Source: Octopus bimaculoides (Eukaryota). From it: DNA of 64,000 nucleotides. The notes beneath the pieces are model-generated. The model had not been told where the DNA came from and made no database searches. It saw only the letters and a list, made by a program, of their open reading frames with translations. The first letter of the stretch is position 1; every line of letters starts with the position of its first letter. Where the stretch lies: NCBI RefSeq assembly GCF_001194135.2, contig NC_068999.1, positions 18,530,726 through 18,594,725 on the forward strand. Direction: 5' to 3'. Both the position numbers and the translations under genes were made by a program. This document shows, one piece after another, positions 23,270 to 35,861 of the stretch.

Positions 23270-23890
23270 GTTGAGTTTCGAATGTGATGCCGAGATGTTT
23301 CTAGGGCAGTGCAGACTTTTTCATACAAGTCCAAACCACTTTTCTTTCAAATGATTCGAATGTTGCGCAATGGATATATCGACAAAATAGATGATGCAGA
23401 GAATATGGACCCTTTAAAACATCAGAATATCAGGTGTTCAACCATATACTATTCATAGCTTTCTTCCGTGATTTCTGTGACGATCAAGTACGAAACATAT
23501 GACTGCATCTAACTTATGCCAGACGAGGTATAGTTTGGTTTTTCATAGAGGGTTACAACCGCTTTCGGACACTACGTTGACACTAGAATTTTTTTCTCTT
23601 TTCGTACCCATATTTATAATTCCCATGAAACGAATCTTAAATTTGCTGGTTTGTGGAATCCTAATATCAGCATTTTTACTTTTGTTGCTGACTTTATTTT
23701 TAGATGGGTTTGCATTGGCGTAGCTAGTGATGGTGTTTGTGTTGGATTTCTTGCTTGTACTGGTAGTGGTTGCTTTCCTTATGGTGTAAAAATAAGTTTT
23801 CAAATAATGAGACGGTGGGTAGTAAAGTTCTTTATAGGAATATTAATGATTTTCTTCGTTTTACTTTCGGACATACGAGAAAAAGCAGCA
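23270..23890 (-). mobile_element. Decayed I-superfamily LINE fragment (ORF1 C-terminus and start of APE endonuclease)
   Basis: AFSRMSESKTKKIINI (cf. AxSRxCPxWxxEKxI), an S/T/K-rich linker (ORF 23543-23803), IRFMG.. (cf. IxQWN), and SILSIYP (cf. TICSIYIP). Weak, by eye. Confidence 0.3.
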
Positions 23891-24012
23891 GGATAACTGG
23901 CTTTTCTAGGACTGATTTACAGTTATAAAAGAAGCAGATATATAATAATAGATAATAACTTTAGTTATCAGAAAAGTGCTATGAGACTAAAAGTAAACTT
24001 TTTTCTATAATG

Positions 24013-24917
24013 TTATCCAATAAAGCCTTCAACTTCAACAGCTGCTTCTTTATGAGATCTAAATCATCTACATGCTCGAATAAAGTGGTCATGGTTCATT
24101 TTGGACCTTACACTGACTATGACATTTTTCAAAGAATATTTGATGCTTTAAGCGCGTTCATTGACCGCTCTCTTACCAACGCTCAACATGTAACAGTTCA
24201 ATGGATTGAGATCTCGGGAATTAGGTCAACTTTTAGGCGTTATATGATCATGAAAATATTCAGCCATACATTGCTGTGTTACTAGAGCCATAGTTGATAG
24301 TACAGTCTTGCAGAAACGCATGTGGTATTGTATTGCATACATTGTCTATCCAGGGCTTCACAAGTATTTCCAGGACCTCAATGTAGGCGCAGATTTAACT
24401 CTAAGGCCTTGTGGGAAGAAGCAAGGTGGCATCACATGTCTTTCATTGCCGAGAACCCGTTAAACCATAACAGTTGCAGGAATTGTTGTATGCATAAGAC
24501 TTGGAAATTCAGAAGGGTCTGCTCATAACCATCTGTCACTTCTATTAAATTTTTGATCTGTGTGTAAGATTTTCTCATTTGAGAGAAACCAAATCAAATC
24601 GTCTGCTGGATTAAGAGCCTTTTAGATCTGATGTAGTGATTTCCCTTTGCTTTTTCTGACAAATTGACCTTTCTTCATCATATAAGACTTATATCTGATC
24701 TCTTAGTGAACAACATTTCTTATTGTTCCTTCTTGCATATGGAGATGTTTTGCAATTGACCTCTTGGAGTCTCTAGCTCTTTACAAACTTAGTAGACGCA
24801 AGACCTGGCAACATTTAAAAATCGACATATTTCTAAATCGCTAAGCTCAGCCTTTATAACCACAATACCAGCATGGTTCTTCATTTATTGAGTAAGCTGA
24901 GGGTCTGCAGTTATCAT
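24013..24917 (-). mobile_element. maT/Bmmar1-like (about DD37D) transposase pseudogene
   Basis: MITADPQLTQ*MKNHA...LNVARS...WFLSNEK...FPATVMV...GHVMPP...VKPWIDNVC...FLQDC...PNSRDLNPLNCY...EAAVEVEGFIG*. The second-to-third acidic residue spacing is 109 nt versus the 114 nt expected for D37D, consistent with a small deletion. Confidence 0.85.
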
Positions 24918-26092
24918 TTTCTGAAACAAATATCATAGTGTTAGTAAAAAATGCAGCAATGACCCAAATATATGTCTTCAAATACCTTGAACACCGTTTG
25001 TGTACCCGTGTGTACATATATNNNNNNNNNNNNNNNNNNNNNNNNNNNNNNNNNNNNNNNNNNNNNNNNNNNNNNNNNNNNNNNNNNNNNNNNNNNNNNN
25101 NNNNNNNNNNNNNNNNNNNNNNNNNNNNNNNNNNNNNNNNNNNNNNNNNNNNNNNNNNNNNNNNNNNNNNNNNNNNNNNNNNNNNNNNNNNNNNNNNNNN
25201 NNNNNNNNNNNNNNNNNNNNNNNNNNNNNNNNNNNNNNNNNNNNNNNNNNNNNNNNNNNNNNNNNNNNNNNNNNNNNNNNNNNNNNNNNNNNNNNNNNNN
25301 NNNNNNNNNNNNNNNNNNNNNNNNNNNNNNNNNNNNNNNNNNNNNNNNNNNNNNNNNNNNNNNNNNNNNNNNNNNNNNNNNNNNNNNNNNNNNNNNNNNN
25401 NNNNNNNNNNNNNNNNNNNNNNNNNNNNNNNNNNNNNNNNNNNNNNNNNNNNNNNNNNNNNNNNNNNNNNNNNNNNNNNNNNNNNNNNNNNNNNNNNNNN
25501 NNNNNNNNNNNNNNNNNNNNNNNNNNNNNNNNNNNNNNNNNNNNNNNNNNNNNNNNNNNNNNNNNNNNNNNNNNNNNNNNNNNNNNNNNNNNNNNNNNNN
25601 NNNNNNNNNNNATATATACATATATATAACGTTTTAATGAATTTCGCCTAATTCCACTATTCTGGTGTAACCAACAATAGGAAGAATCAACTATTTTATT
25701 ACAATGTGATATACATGTTCATGAGCTTCACATCATTGGCAACTAACACTTCATACTTACAAATTGAATTTTGGTTATTCCATGCGATTTGGAGTATATA
25801 ATCAATTTTTATTACACCCAGACAGCCATGACCACTACTATGGTGACATCATACCAAGTGTGGTAGCCAGCACATGGAACTAGTATGATTTATTTAGGTA
25901 TACTAATATCCACCGCTAAAGTGATGACAGTATCGAGCTAACTCCTAGCCGAGAATTAATACCACGTGGCAGAAGCTCACCAATACAGGCCTAACAATTT
26001 TCACTCATCTATAGAACACGTTGCCTAATGTCCGTAGAGGATTCCTGAAGGTTAGTGGTTTGCAAATGGACTTTCTCGTTTCTACTCCCTAG

Positions 26093-26149
26093 AGTGAGTA
26101 CCTGCGATAAAGATCAGGAATATTGGCCTTATGCATTGACTCTAAACAG
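26093..26149 (+). CDS. Candidate 57-nt internal exon (VSTCDKDQEYWPYALTLN), product unknown
   Basis: Pyrimidine tract CTTTCTCGTTTCTACTCCCTAG acceptor, CAG|GTAATG donor, and a single open frame (phase 2-2). No homology recognised. Confidence 0.2.
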
Positions 26150-28094
26150 GTAATGTGTTTTTATTAATTTCCAGACTGTTGCTCAAATCATCTCAATGCA
26201 GCTAAACGTCAGATGTTATACCTCATTCGAACGAGTACACACACACACATACACGCGCGCGCGCAAAGATACATATATACTGATGATTTTTTACGTTCGC
26301 GCACACGCACGCCCAGATCCCAGACGTACTTGTATTCATATTTTACAAATTTGAAAAATATACTTATAAAAGTAACTACCTTACCAAATGTTTAGATTTA
26401 ATAATCCTTTAAGCACAAAACTATAGAATATTCCCTCCCGTTACCACACAACTTAATAAATCATTTGAGGATGTTATTGTGAAATTTCATTTGAAACATA
26501 TATTCACTTAAGTGATAAAGTGAAAGCGTGTGGGGCGTGGAAAGAGAATCTGTAAAAACTACAGGAAACCTAATATATAAAAAGAAACTTTATAATACCA
26601 AAATAAACATTTCTTCTGCTTTGATTTAAAAACAAAAAAATTATCGAATATTTTTAAATATTTTAGGTAGTATATTGATCGTTACACCTTTTTCGCTATG
26701 AATAACTGTAGCCAATGAAAGTAAGTGAAACATGGTATTTGGAAAGTAATCGAGTGGGGAAAGAATAAAGGTAATGAAAAACTAAACACAGTGAGAGTTG
26801 AGTGAGAGAGTGAAGATAGGAGAAAGTGAGAAAAATGAAAAGAATGAGTTATTCTATAATATAATAAAACAAATGGGAATTAATAAGAAGAAAAAAAAGG
26901 GGGAAGACAACTGGAATGGAAGAAAGTAAGAAAAATAGCAGAGACGGAATCTGAAGTTCACACATTTTCATGAGAGTGAATTGAACTTTCGATGCATAAA
27001 GTTTGGAGGTAAACAAATACACACAAAAAAAAAACAAGCAAAGTGATAAACAAACAATGCAATAACAAAATCTAAACACCTTCTAAAACATCTAAAGCAG
27101 AGGTTAATAAAGCAAATACAGAATGAATTATAGACAAATATGTAAAATAAATAAACATATTTATATGAAAATGGCAAAGAAGGATCAATGAAGTGATGAA
27201 TTATTTCAAACTTTCTTCGCCGACGGCAAACTTAAACCTGTGAAAAGCGTCTGCAAAGAAGAGTTATACACACTCAACACTTATGAATATATGTTTAGTA
27301 TCTGTCTCTGCTAAATTCTACAATTATCTCAATCTGAAGTTTATATTGTCTCCTTAACGTTTAATGCGCATCTGTAACGCAGATCATGGCATATATTATT
27401 AACAATATGCTTGCTATGAAGCGTCTTCAAACGATGATACTTGAAGGAGGTGCGGAAAATGAATTCATAGTTTTTATTTTACTGTGAACCTCATGGTTTT
27501 AGATACCATTGAACCATGATTATTATTACAGGGTTTTCTATTATTATTACTATTATTGTTATCATTGTTGTTGTTATTGTTATTATTATTATTCAGTAGT
27601 TTTTATTTTTATCACGTCATTTAGTGATATAGGGTATAGAGTGGTTGTGAAAGCTCACTTCCCTATATTCTCACCTTCATTGATTCGACGTAGCGAAGAA
27701 TGAGTTCGCAAACATCTATTCAACGAATTTCCATTACTCGTTAAGTTAGATAACTGTACCTTCTCATCTAAATATTCATCTGTAAACACACTACCGACTT
27801 TTAAGTATCAGTGATATTGGTATGGAATACATTAAGTCTATAACGACATTTGAAAACAAATCTAACTTCAGAATATATTATTCTTTCCGAAAAAATAATT
27901 GATGGAATACCGATATATACGGAAGCGTCATGTTAGTTTTAGTCTTTCATTATTTGTGTGTTTATTTTTCACTCCTAAACAATTAATCTACGTAGATGTA
28001 CTTAGAAAATGTCACCTACATACTTCCATAAACATATATTATCTATCTATATGTTTACCTACCTATCTATCTATTTATCTATCTATCTATCTCG

Positions 28095-28138
<44 letters not shown>

Positions 28139-28214
28139 NNNNNNNNNNNNNNNNNNNNNNNNNNNNNNNNNNNNNNNNNNNNNNNNNNNNNNNNNNNNNN
28201 NNNNNNNNNNNNNN

Positions 28215-28394
28215 ATATATGCATAAACGTGCACATGTGCAAGCATAGAAATATGTATATATGAATGTGTAAAAAAATATATATATATGCATTTACACGT
28301 ACACGCACACACATCTATATATGCATAAACGTGCACATGTGCAAGCATAGAAATATGTATATATGAATGTGTAAAAAAATATATATATATGCAT
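28215..28394. repeat. Near-perfect tandem duplication, period 102 bp
   Basis: GCATAAACGTGCACATGTGCAAGCATAGAAA... at 28221 and at 28323; adjacent to an N gap. Confidence 0.9.
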
Positions 28395-31269
28395 ATAAGC
28401 ATATATGCATTACTATTTACATATTGGTGCATGCGAGGTAATGTGTGCATATACGTATGCGTCGTACGTATACGATATTAATGTGAATATCCGTCTTATT
28501 TTTTTCTTTCTTTTAAGATGACGTTTTATCAACATCTATTAGAATAAGTATGTCATTCAGACTATACTTCTGTATTCTGGTGTTACCTTACTCAACGCTG
28601 CAACGTTCGACCCCCTTTCTGTTTTCATGTGCATAGCCTGATTTTTTTTTTATATTCTTAATATAATTCGTTCTAAATATCAAACTAATGGATGAATTTC
28701 CTGTTATAATCAATTTTGGTATTACTGTCCTGCATTCATTTCCTTGCGGAAATATATATATATGATATTTAACTTGCTATCGTACTTTGACTTACGTAAA
28801 TGTGTATTTAGTTCTTCCTAGCCTCTTCTTTTCCATAAAAATATATAGGAGAGGCATGAGATTATGATTTTCAATTATCAATTGTAAATATATTTAATCG
28901 AAGAATTATTATCGAAGTAATGTACTCGCAGAAATACGGCAAAATGTACAATACAACTTCTTGCCCCAATGCACTGTGGTATTTAACTAAAAATTTACAA
29001 AATAAACATACAATAATATATCAAGAGAAGAAATCATAAAATGGTCAAATATATCTACAAATAGAATTTGATTCATTTCTGCATCCACTCAGTTGTTTTA
29101 ATATTCTAGTGTATGGTACACAGATAATCGGCTAGCTTGAGTTTTGATAATAAAACAAAAAAAAAACGAAGTATCACTTACAGATAGGAAAGTATATACC
29201 GAGGAGTATCGATGTACATTTAAAGTTAAGAAACAATTTGAAAATGCATAATCATATCTTTCTGTAATGACAAAGATAGGGGCAGAGAAAAACTGAGAAC
29301 GTGAGAGACATAATAAACCTAGAATACTACCTTTAAAGTAAGCGGTAGCGTTCAGCTAGAGGAAAGATAGTCGATACACATCTACAGGCCTTTACACACA
29401 CGCGCATCACATACTGCAAATAGTAGAACGTGCCCCAGCATCAGCACGGTGGTTGTTTCACGACCATATACAGAATGAAATCTGTATTAGCTTCTCTTTT
29501 TCTTTTTTCTCTCGCAAAACTTCAGATCATTTAGTACATAATTTCCGTCGGTCATTGTGGAAAAGCAAACATTTGGTGCTTATTTGACTATTATATCATT
29601 CCCCTCTTCTTTAAGTATATTACTCCTCAATGATCGAAGGAAATCAAAAACTTCAAATGTAACTGGTAAATATTATTCTATGTATCATAGATACTTATAC
29701 ATACATGCTGACGTATATAAATATACCAAGACATATACAAATATATATGTGCTAGTTTCCTATAGTGAATCTAAAAAGAATGTATTTGTACGTGTCGAAT
29801 CAAGCTGTCTTAATTAACCTGTCTGTCTATATATCTATCTATCTATCTATTTGTCTATCCTTCGATCTAACATCTATGAATCTCTCTCCCCCTCTTTCTT
29901 TCTCTCTTTCTCTCTCTCTCTTTCTCTCTCTCTATTTTTCTCTTTCACTCTCTTTCTCTCTCTCTCTCTTTCACTCTCTCTCTCTTTCTCTCTCTCTCTC
30001 TTTCACTCTCTCTCTCTTTCTCTCTCTCTCTCTGTATATACATACATATATANNNNNNNNNNNNNNNNNNNNNNNNNNNNNNNNNNNNNNNNNNNNNNNN
30101 NNNNNNNNNNNNNNNNNNNNNNNNNNNNNNNNNNNNNNNNNNNNNNNNNNNNNNNNNNNNNNNNNNNNNNNNNNNNNNNNNNNNNNNNNNNNNNNNNNNN
30201 NNNNNNNNNNNNNNNNNNNNNNNNNNNNNNNNNNNNNNNNNNNNNNNNNNNNNNNNNNNNNNNNNNNNNNNNNNNNNNNNNNNNNNNNNNNNNNNNNNNN
30301 NNNNNNNNNNNNNNNNNNNNNNNNNNNNNNNNNNNNNNNNNNNNNNNNNNNNNNNNNNNNNNNNNNNNNNNNNNNNNNNNNNNNNNNNNNNNNNNNNNNN
30401 NNNNNNNNNNNNNNNNNNNNNNNNNNNNNNNNNNNNNNNNNNNNNNNNNNNNNNNNNNNNNNNNNNNNNNNNNNNNNNNNNNNNNNNNNNNNNNNNNNNN
30501 NNNNNNNNNNNNNNNNNNNNNNNNNNNNNNNNNNNNNNNNNNNNNNNNNNNNNNNNNNNNNNNNNNNNNNNNNNNNNNNNNNNNNNNNNNNNNNNNNNNN
30601 NNNNNNNNNNNNNNNNNNNNNNTATATATATATATATATATATATATTTGTTAACCTATTATCTTAGTCATTATTTCAAAGCAACTGTCTCTACTGGGGC
30701 ACCGGTTCGAATTCTTTAATCAAGTGACACTGTCCTAGTTCACTCATTTAAGTGCGTATTCGATGAACTGATACCTTACGGTATGCCACAACAGCACCAG
30801 ATTTAAGATGACCATAATCTTAAACATGTATATATAGCGCTTTTAGATGCAGGCTTCAAATAAGGCATTAGGAAATGCATGGATATAGCTGTTAATTCGA
30901 AATAGTAAAATAAATTTATACTGAAACCAGAACGACTCTTTTTCCATGCACAACTTACACCCATGAAATTCTGACTATGCCAAGGAATATGCGTTCGTTT
31001 CCAGTTATGTTGTAATGTCAAAATGATGTAAATAGATTATACAATGGATTTCTCCTCACACAGCGTTACAGATACAGCCTAAATTTATACAATCTAAATC
31101 TATCAACCCTCGCCACAATAATTCTCTAGAAAACATTGACTTTACACTAAACTATATTCTGCGTCGTTCCCTGTAAGTTTACTCCAATCTTGACATTTTT
31201 CTAAATAGTAGGCTTCTGGACTTTAAAAATACGTCGACTCCAGCGTTTGACAGGTACTCATATACCAAC

Positions 31270-31475
31270 ATGGCTCAAACCGGTTGGTACAGATGGTAAG
31301 ATAGAACAACTACAAAAATCAGCATTGCTTGGAACTGCAAAAAAATCTTCCCAGGGTTTTTGAAGCATGACTAGTAAACAAGTGTTACCCTAATCTGCTA
31401 GGTGTCGATAGCTCATACTTTCCATCAAATCCAGCAAAATATACTGAAAGTTTTCATCATATAATAATAATAAGA
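31270..31475 (+). mobile_element. R4/Dong LINE 3' end with (TAA)n tail
   Basis: KIEQLQKSALLGTAK matches the R4 C-terminal QKxALLGTAR motif. It is followed by a short 3' UTR and ATAATAATAATAA. Confidence 0.8.
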
Positions 31476-31599
31476 AGAAGAAGAAGAACAACAACAACAA
31501 CAAGAAGAACAAGAAGAACAAGAAGAACAAGAAGAACAAGAACAAGAAGAAGAACAAGAACAAGAACAAGAAGAAGGAGGAGGAGGGGAAGAAGAAGAA
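31476..31599. repeat. Compound (AAG)/(AAC)/(GGA) microsatellite with a CAAGAAGAA 9-mer
   Basis: Direct reading of the sequence. Confidence 0.9.
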
Positions 31600-34500
31600 N
31601 NNNNNNNNNNNNNNNNNNNNNNNNNNNNNNNNNNNNNNNNNNNNNNNNNNNNNNNNNNNNNNNNNNNNNNNNNNNNNNNNNNNNNNNNNNNNNNNNNNNN
31701 NNNNNNNNNNNNNNNNNNNNNNNNNNNNNNNNNNNNNNNNNNNNNNNNNNNNNNNNNNNNNNNNNNNNNNNNNNNNNNNNNNNNNNNNNNNNNNNNNNNN
31801 NNNNNNNNNNNNNNNNNNNNNNNNNNNNNNNNNNNNNNNNNNNNNNNNNNNNNNNNNNNNNNNNNNNNNNNNNNNNNNNNNNNNNNNNNNNNNNNNNNNN
31901 NNNNNNNNNNNNNNNNNNNNNNNNNNNNNNNNNNNNNNNNNNNNNNNNNNNNNNNNNNNNNNNNNNNNNNNNNNNNNNNNNNNNNNNNNNNNNNNNNNNN
32001 NNNNNNNNNNNNNNNNNNNNNNNNNNNNNNNNNNNNNNNNNNNNNNNNNNNNNNNNNNNNNNNNNNNNNNNNNNNNNNNNNNNNNNNNNNNNNNNNNNNN
32101 NNNNNNNNNNNNNNNNNNNNNNNNNNNNNNNNNNNNNNNNNNNNNNNNNNNNNNNNNNNNNNNNNNNNNNNNNNNNNNNNNNNNNNNNNNNNNNNNNNNN
32201 NNNNNNNNNNNNNNNNNNNNNNNNNNNNNNNNNNNNNNNNNNNNNNNNNNNNNNNNNNNNNNNNNNNNNNNNNNNNNNNNNNNNNNNNNNNNNNNNNNNN
32301 NNNNNNNNNNNNNNNNNNNNNNNNNNNNNNNNNNNNNNNNNNNNNNNNNNNNNNNNNNNNNNNNNNNNNNNNNNNNNNNNNNNNNNNNNNNNNNNNNNNN
32401 NNNNNNNNNNNNNNNNNNNNNNNNNNNNNNNNNNNNNNNNNNNNNNNNNNNNNNNNNNNNNNNNNNNNNNNNNNNNNNNNNNNNNNNNNNNNNNNNNNNN
32501 NNNNNNNNNNNNNNNNNNNNNNNNNNNNNNNNNNNNNNNNNNNNNNNNNNNNNNNNNNNNNNNNNNNNNNNNNNNNNNNNNNNNNNNNNNNNNNNNNTAT
32601 ATATAATGATAGACATACACACGCACACAACACCAACATATGTGTATATGTGTGTTTTTACACGTGTTCGTGCGTGCGCATGTGCGTGTGTGTAAATATA
32701 ATTACTGCATTAAATATACTCATATTCACAAAATAAAACATCAGATACAGGAAAACATGCGAAGCCAAATTTATAGGAGAATACTTACATTGAATTTCAA
32801 ATGCACTCTGTTTTGAATAGCTGGATTTTTATACGATAATAGAAAGACATGCACAATATATTTTTCTTGTTTCCTTTCCATCAATGATAACTTAGATTTT
32901 AAACAATACAATAACTGCTGATGTGCTCAGTGCGGTTCAGTAATGCATAGGTTCAGGCTTGTACGTTGTAATTTCACGTGCAATTTTTGTTAATTTATCA
33001 TAAAATCATTTCTTTGTTCGGATGAATGTGAACTACAAAACCGAGATTAAATCCGGATTGTTGTAACTCCCGTACGTACAATAATATCGTTCCTTACAAC
33101 TAGAAATGTCATAACTGACCTGAATCTTGTTTGCTAAACTTATATGTTACCAGGAATTTTCCGACAAGGAAATTCTACTTTCTACTTTTACTAAATACTC
33201 AATTATTGTACAGAGGCAATATGTATGGCTCAATAAAAAGAATCATAAATATTTCAACTATCAATGTTGAAATATGCAAGTTACCGCTTACATAGTTGGA
33301 GAAAAGTGAGTTACCATTGTGGGACGAAGTGTTTTTCTTTAAAAATTGTTATATTTATACTAATTACCCTATCTAGCACACCACAACAGACAGTTGCTGT
33401 CTCTGGATAGATCGTATATTCACCTTATTACAGTGGAAAGGAGATTATAGCATGTTTGTATAATTGCTTCCCTGACGATATTGTTAAGTTTCATGCCTGC
33501 CCTTGCTTGTTAGCGTTGATATGAATCACAAAATACAATTTCCAATCATTTCTATCTCGACTATTCTGCATTCTCATTATATCAGATTATCGGAAACGAC
33601 TAATGATTCAGTGTGTGTGATGAACTTGCAATCCATGCCACATCAATGTGAAGTAAGGCTATATACATTTCCAGCCAATTACTGAAACTGAGCAGAAACT
33701 CAAATCATGAGCAATTGTATACCGTGAAGCACGTTTTGAAAGCATGAAGATAACGAGGGAGATATTCTCTGAAATTTAGGGATGTGTTTAAGAAGCATCG
33801 CTATATGGCTGTATTAATCACTGAAAATGTAATACCGCAACTCGACTTTAAATGGAATTTCGTGTAAAGATGAGTGTACTAGTAAATGTAGCATGTTACC
33901 GATTAAAGAAAAATAACAAATCAAATCAATTGGGGATCTTCTACGAAAACGTCGGCTTTTCTAAATTTCGTAACCAAGTTAGCGCAAAAGTCCTTATTAT
34001 TTTCCTCATTAAGAGAAAACTCAAAATTATGTTTCCTCATATACATACGTTTAAAAAAGAACTGATTTACTGAATTAAAACAAACAATTAATAAAGTCAG
34101 TTACTCTGGACACTCATCATATCAATTAATGCTCACCGGTGGCAAAATCAATTAAATGGTATCTACAATGCGTTATATATATGAGCACGTGGCATTTATC
34201 TGCCTTACATAAACACCAAATATTGCACTGCATATATTTTGTCTTAACTTATGTAAAGGTCGTCTTTTTCTGTACAGTAAAACACAGAACCACATGCAAT
34301 ATATGCGCATCTTTTATTAGAAGAACTAGGGACCACCTATGAAGACTGGCCAGGTACATTCTAGAGATAGCTAGAATATATTCAATGATGCATAGATTTG
34401 CGAGACTATAATTCATTGATTGACACTGAATATATTTATGTGCCCAATATAAAATCTAGCGTATAAAATCTAGCAATATCACTTCAAAATGAATCCCGAG

Positions 34501-35640
34501 TTCAACATAAATGAACAGCATAAATAATAATGATCGGTTATGAAATATCCGATTTAAATACCTGAATAACTATTGATTTCCAAATTTAGGTTTATTCATA
34601 TGTAAGCTGCTGAATATCACCCTGTAATTTCAGTATAAAGCTTCAATCTCAGTTTTTAATCCAATTTAGTGCCACATGTTCAATTTTGTAAACAGTTTTA
34701 AAACCGTATATTAAACATATTTATGAAGAAATACATTGCATAAGAATCCAGATATGCGTAGTGATTATTCTATAGTACTGTCAATGAAGCAAGATATCTT
34801 ATACTTGATTTTATGAAACCCAAAACAATGAAACATAAAAAATATTGGAAATAAAATACTGAATCAAACCTACTGCAATTCAATTATTTTATCCGTCGCA
34901 CAAGAGTTTAACAGATTCCCAATTCTACTTTAAATTAAATTAACTACTGCATAACAAATAGTTTACCAGTTTGGTATTTTAAAAGTAGCATTTGTAAAAA
35001 ATTAAAAAAAACACTGACTACATACACTTGAGTCTTCTCGAAATATCTGCTTCAAGGTATGTTGGGCAATAATGTTAAGAGCCAGTTTTAACACCGTTGA
35101 ACTCTGATTTTCAAACCTAGCACTAGTGGAGACGCATGCCCGACAATGTAATTAATCTATTCCATGCAGTTACTGAACCGGTATTTGTCTTATACATACT
35201 GGAGAATGAACCATGAAAGTTTATTTTCTTTTTTTTCCTTGGTGAAGAAAATTACAAAGGAAATAATGCCAATTACCATATCCCAAAATAGGTTAGTCAT
35301 TTCATTTTTCTTTCACAGCACTCAAAGTAATAGTGAAAATATTGTGGAGGAGTGCTATGAAATCTCAATGTTTGGTCTCTTTAACATTTGAGACAATAAT
35401 AAAGTGAAAGAGGTCTGACGTGTCCTCTATACAGCACATGTGAATTATATTCCCTATAGAGTTACAAGGATAAATGTCAATGTAAGAAATCGAACTCAAC
35501 GTGCAAAACGTTGCAAGGAATTCCTTTTTAAATTTTAAAGCCATTTTAACTTTGCGATATTAATAAAGTAATTAGAGAGGTCGACGTCTTTTCAATTTCA
35601 TTATCGGTATAGAGCATGATATATTATATCAATTTCCTTA

Positions 35641-35861
35641 TTTGTTTACTGCCCACAAGGGGCTAAACATAGAGGGGACCAACAGGGACAGGCACACGGA
35701 TTAAGTCGATTATATCGACCCCAGTGCGTAACTGGTACTTATTTAATCGGCCCCGAAATGATGAAAGGCAAAGTCGACCTCAGAACTCAGAACGTAGCGG
35801 CAGTCGAAATACTGCTAAGCATTTCGCCCGGCGTGCTAACGTTTCTGCCAGCTCACCGCCT
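35641..35861 (-). mobile_element. SINE (OR/OK-like) with a probable 15-bp TSD
   Basis: Head at 35861 and central CGGGGCCGATTAAATAAGTACCAG. TATATTATATCAATT occurs at 35620-35634 and 35865-35879. Confidence 0.9.

Noticed and set aside
28215-28394. Identical 102-bp period duplication as a possible functional repeat
   Set aside because: It abuts an N gap in low-complexity DNA; slippage or misassembly is more likely.
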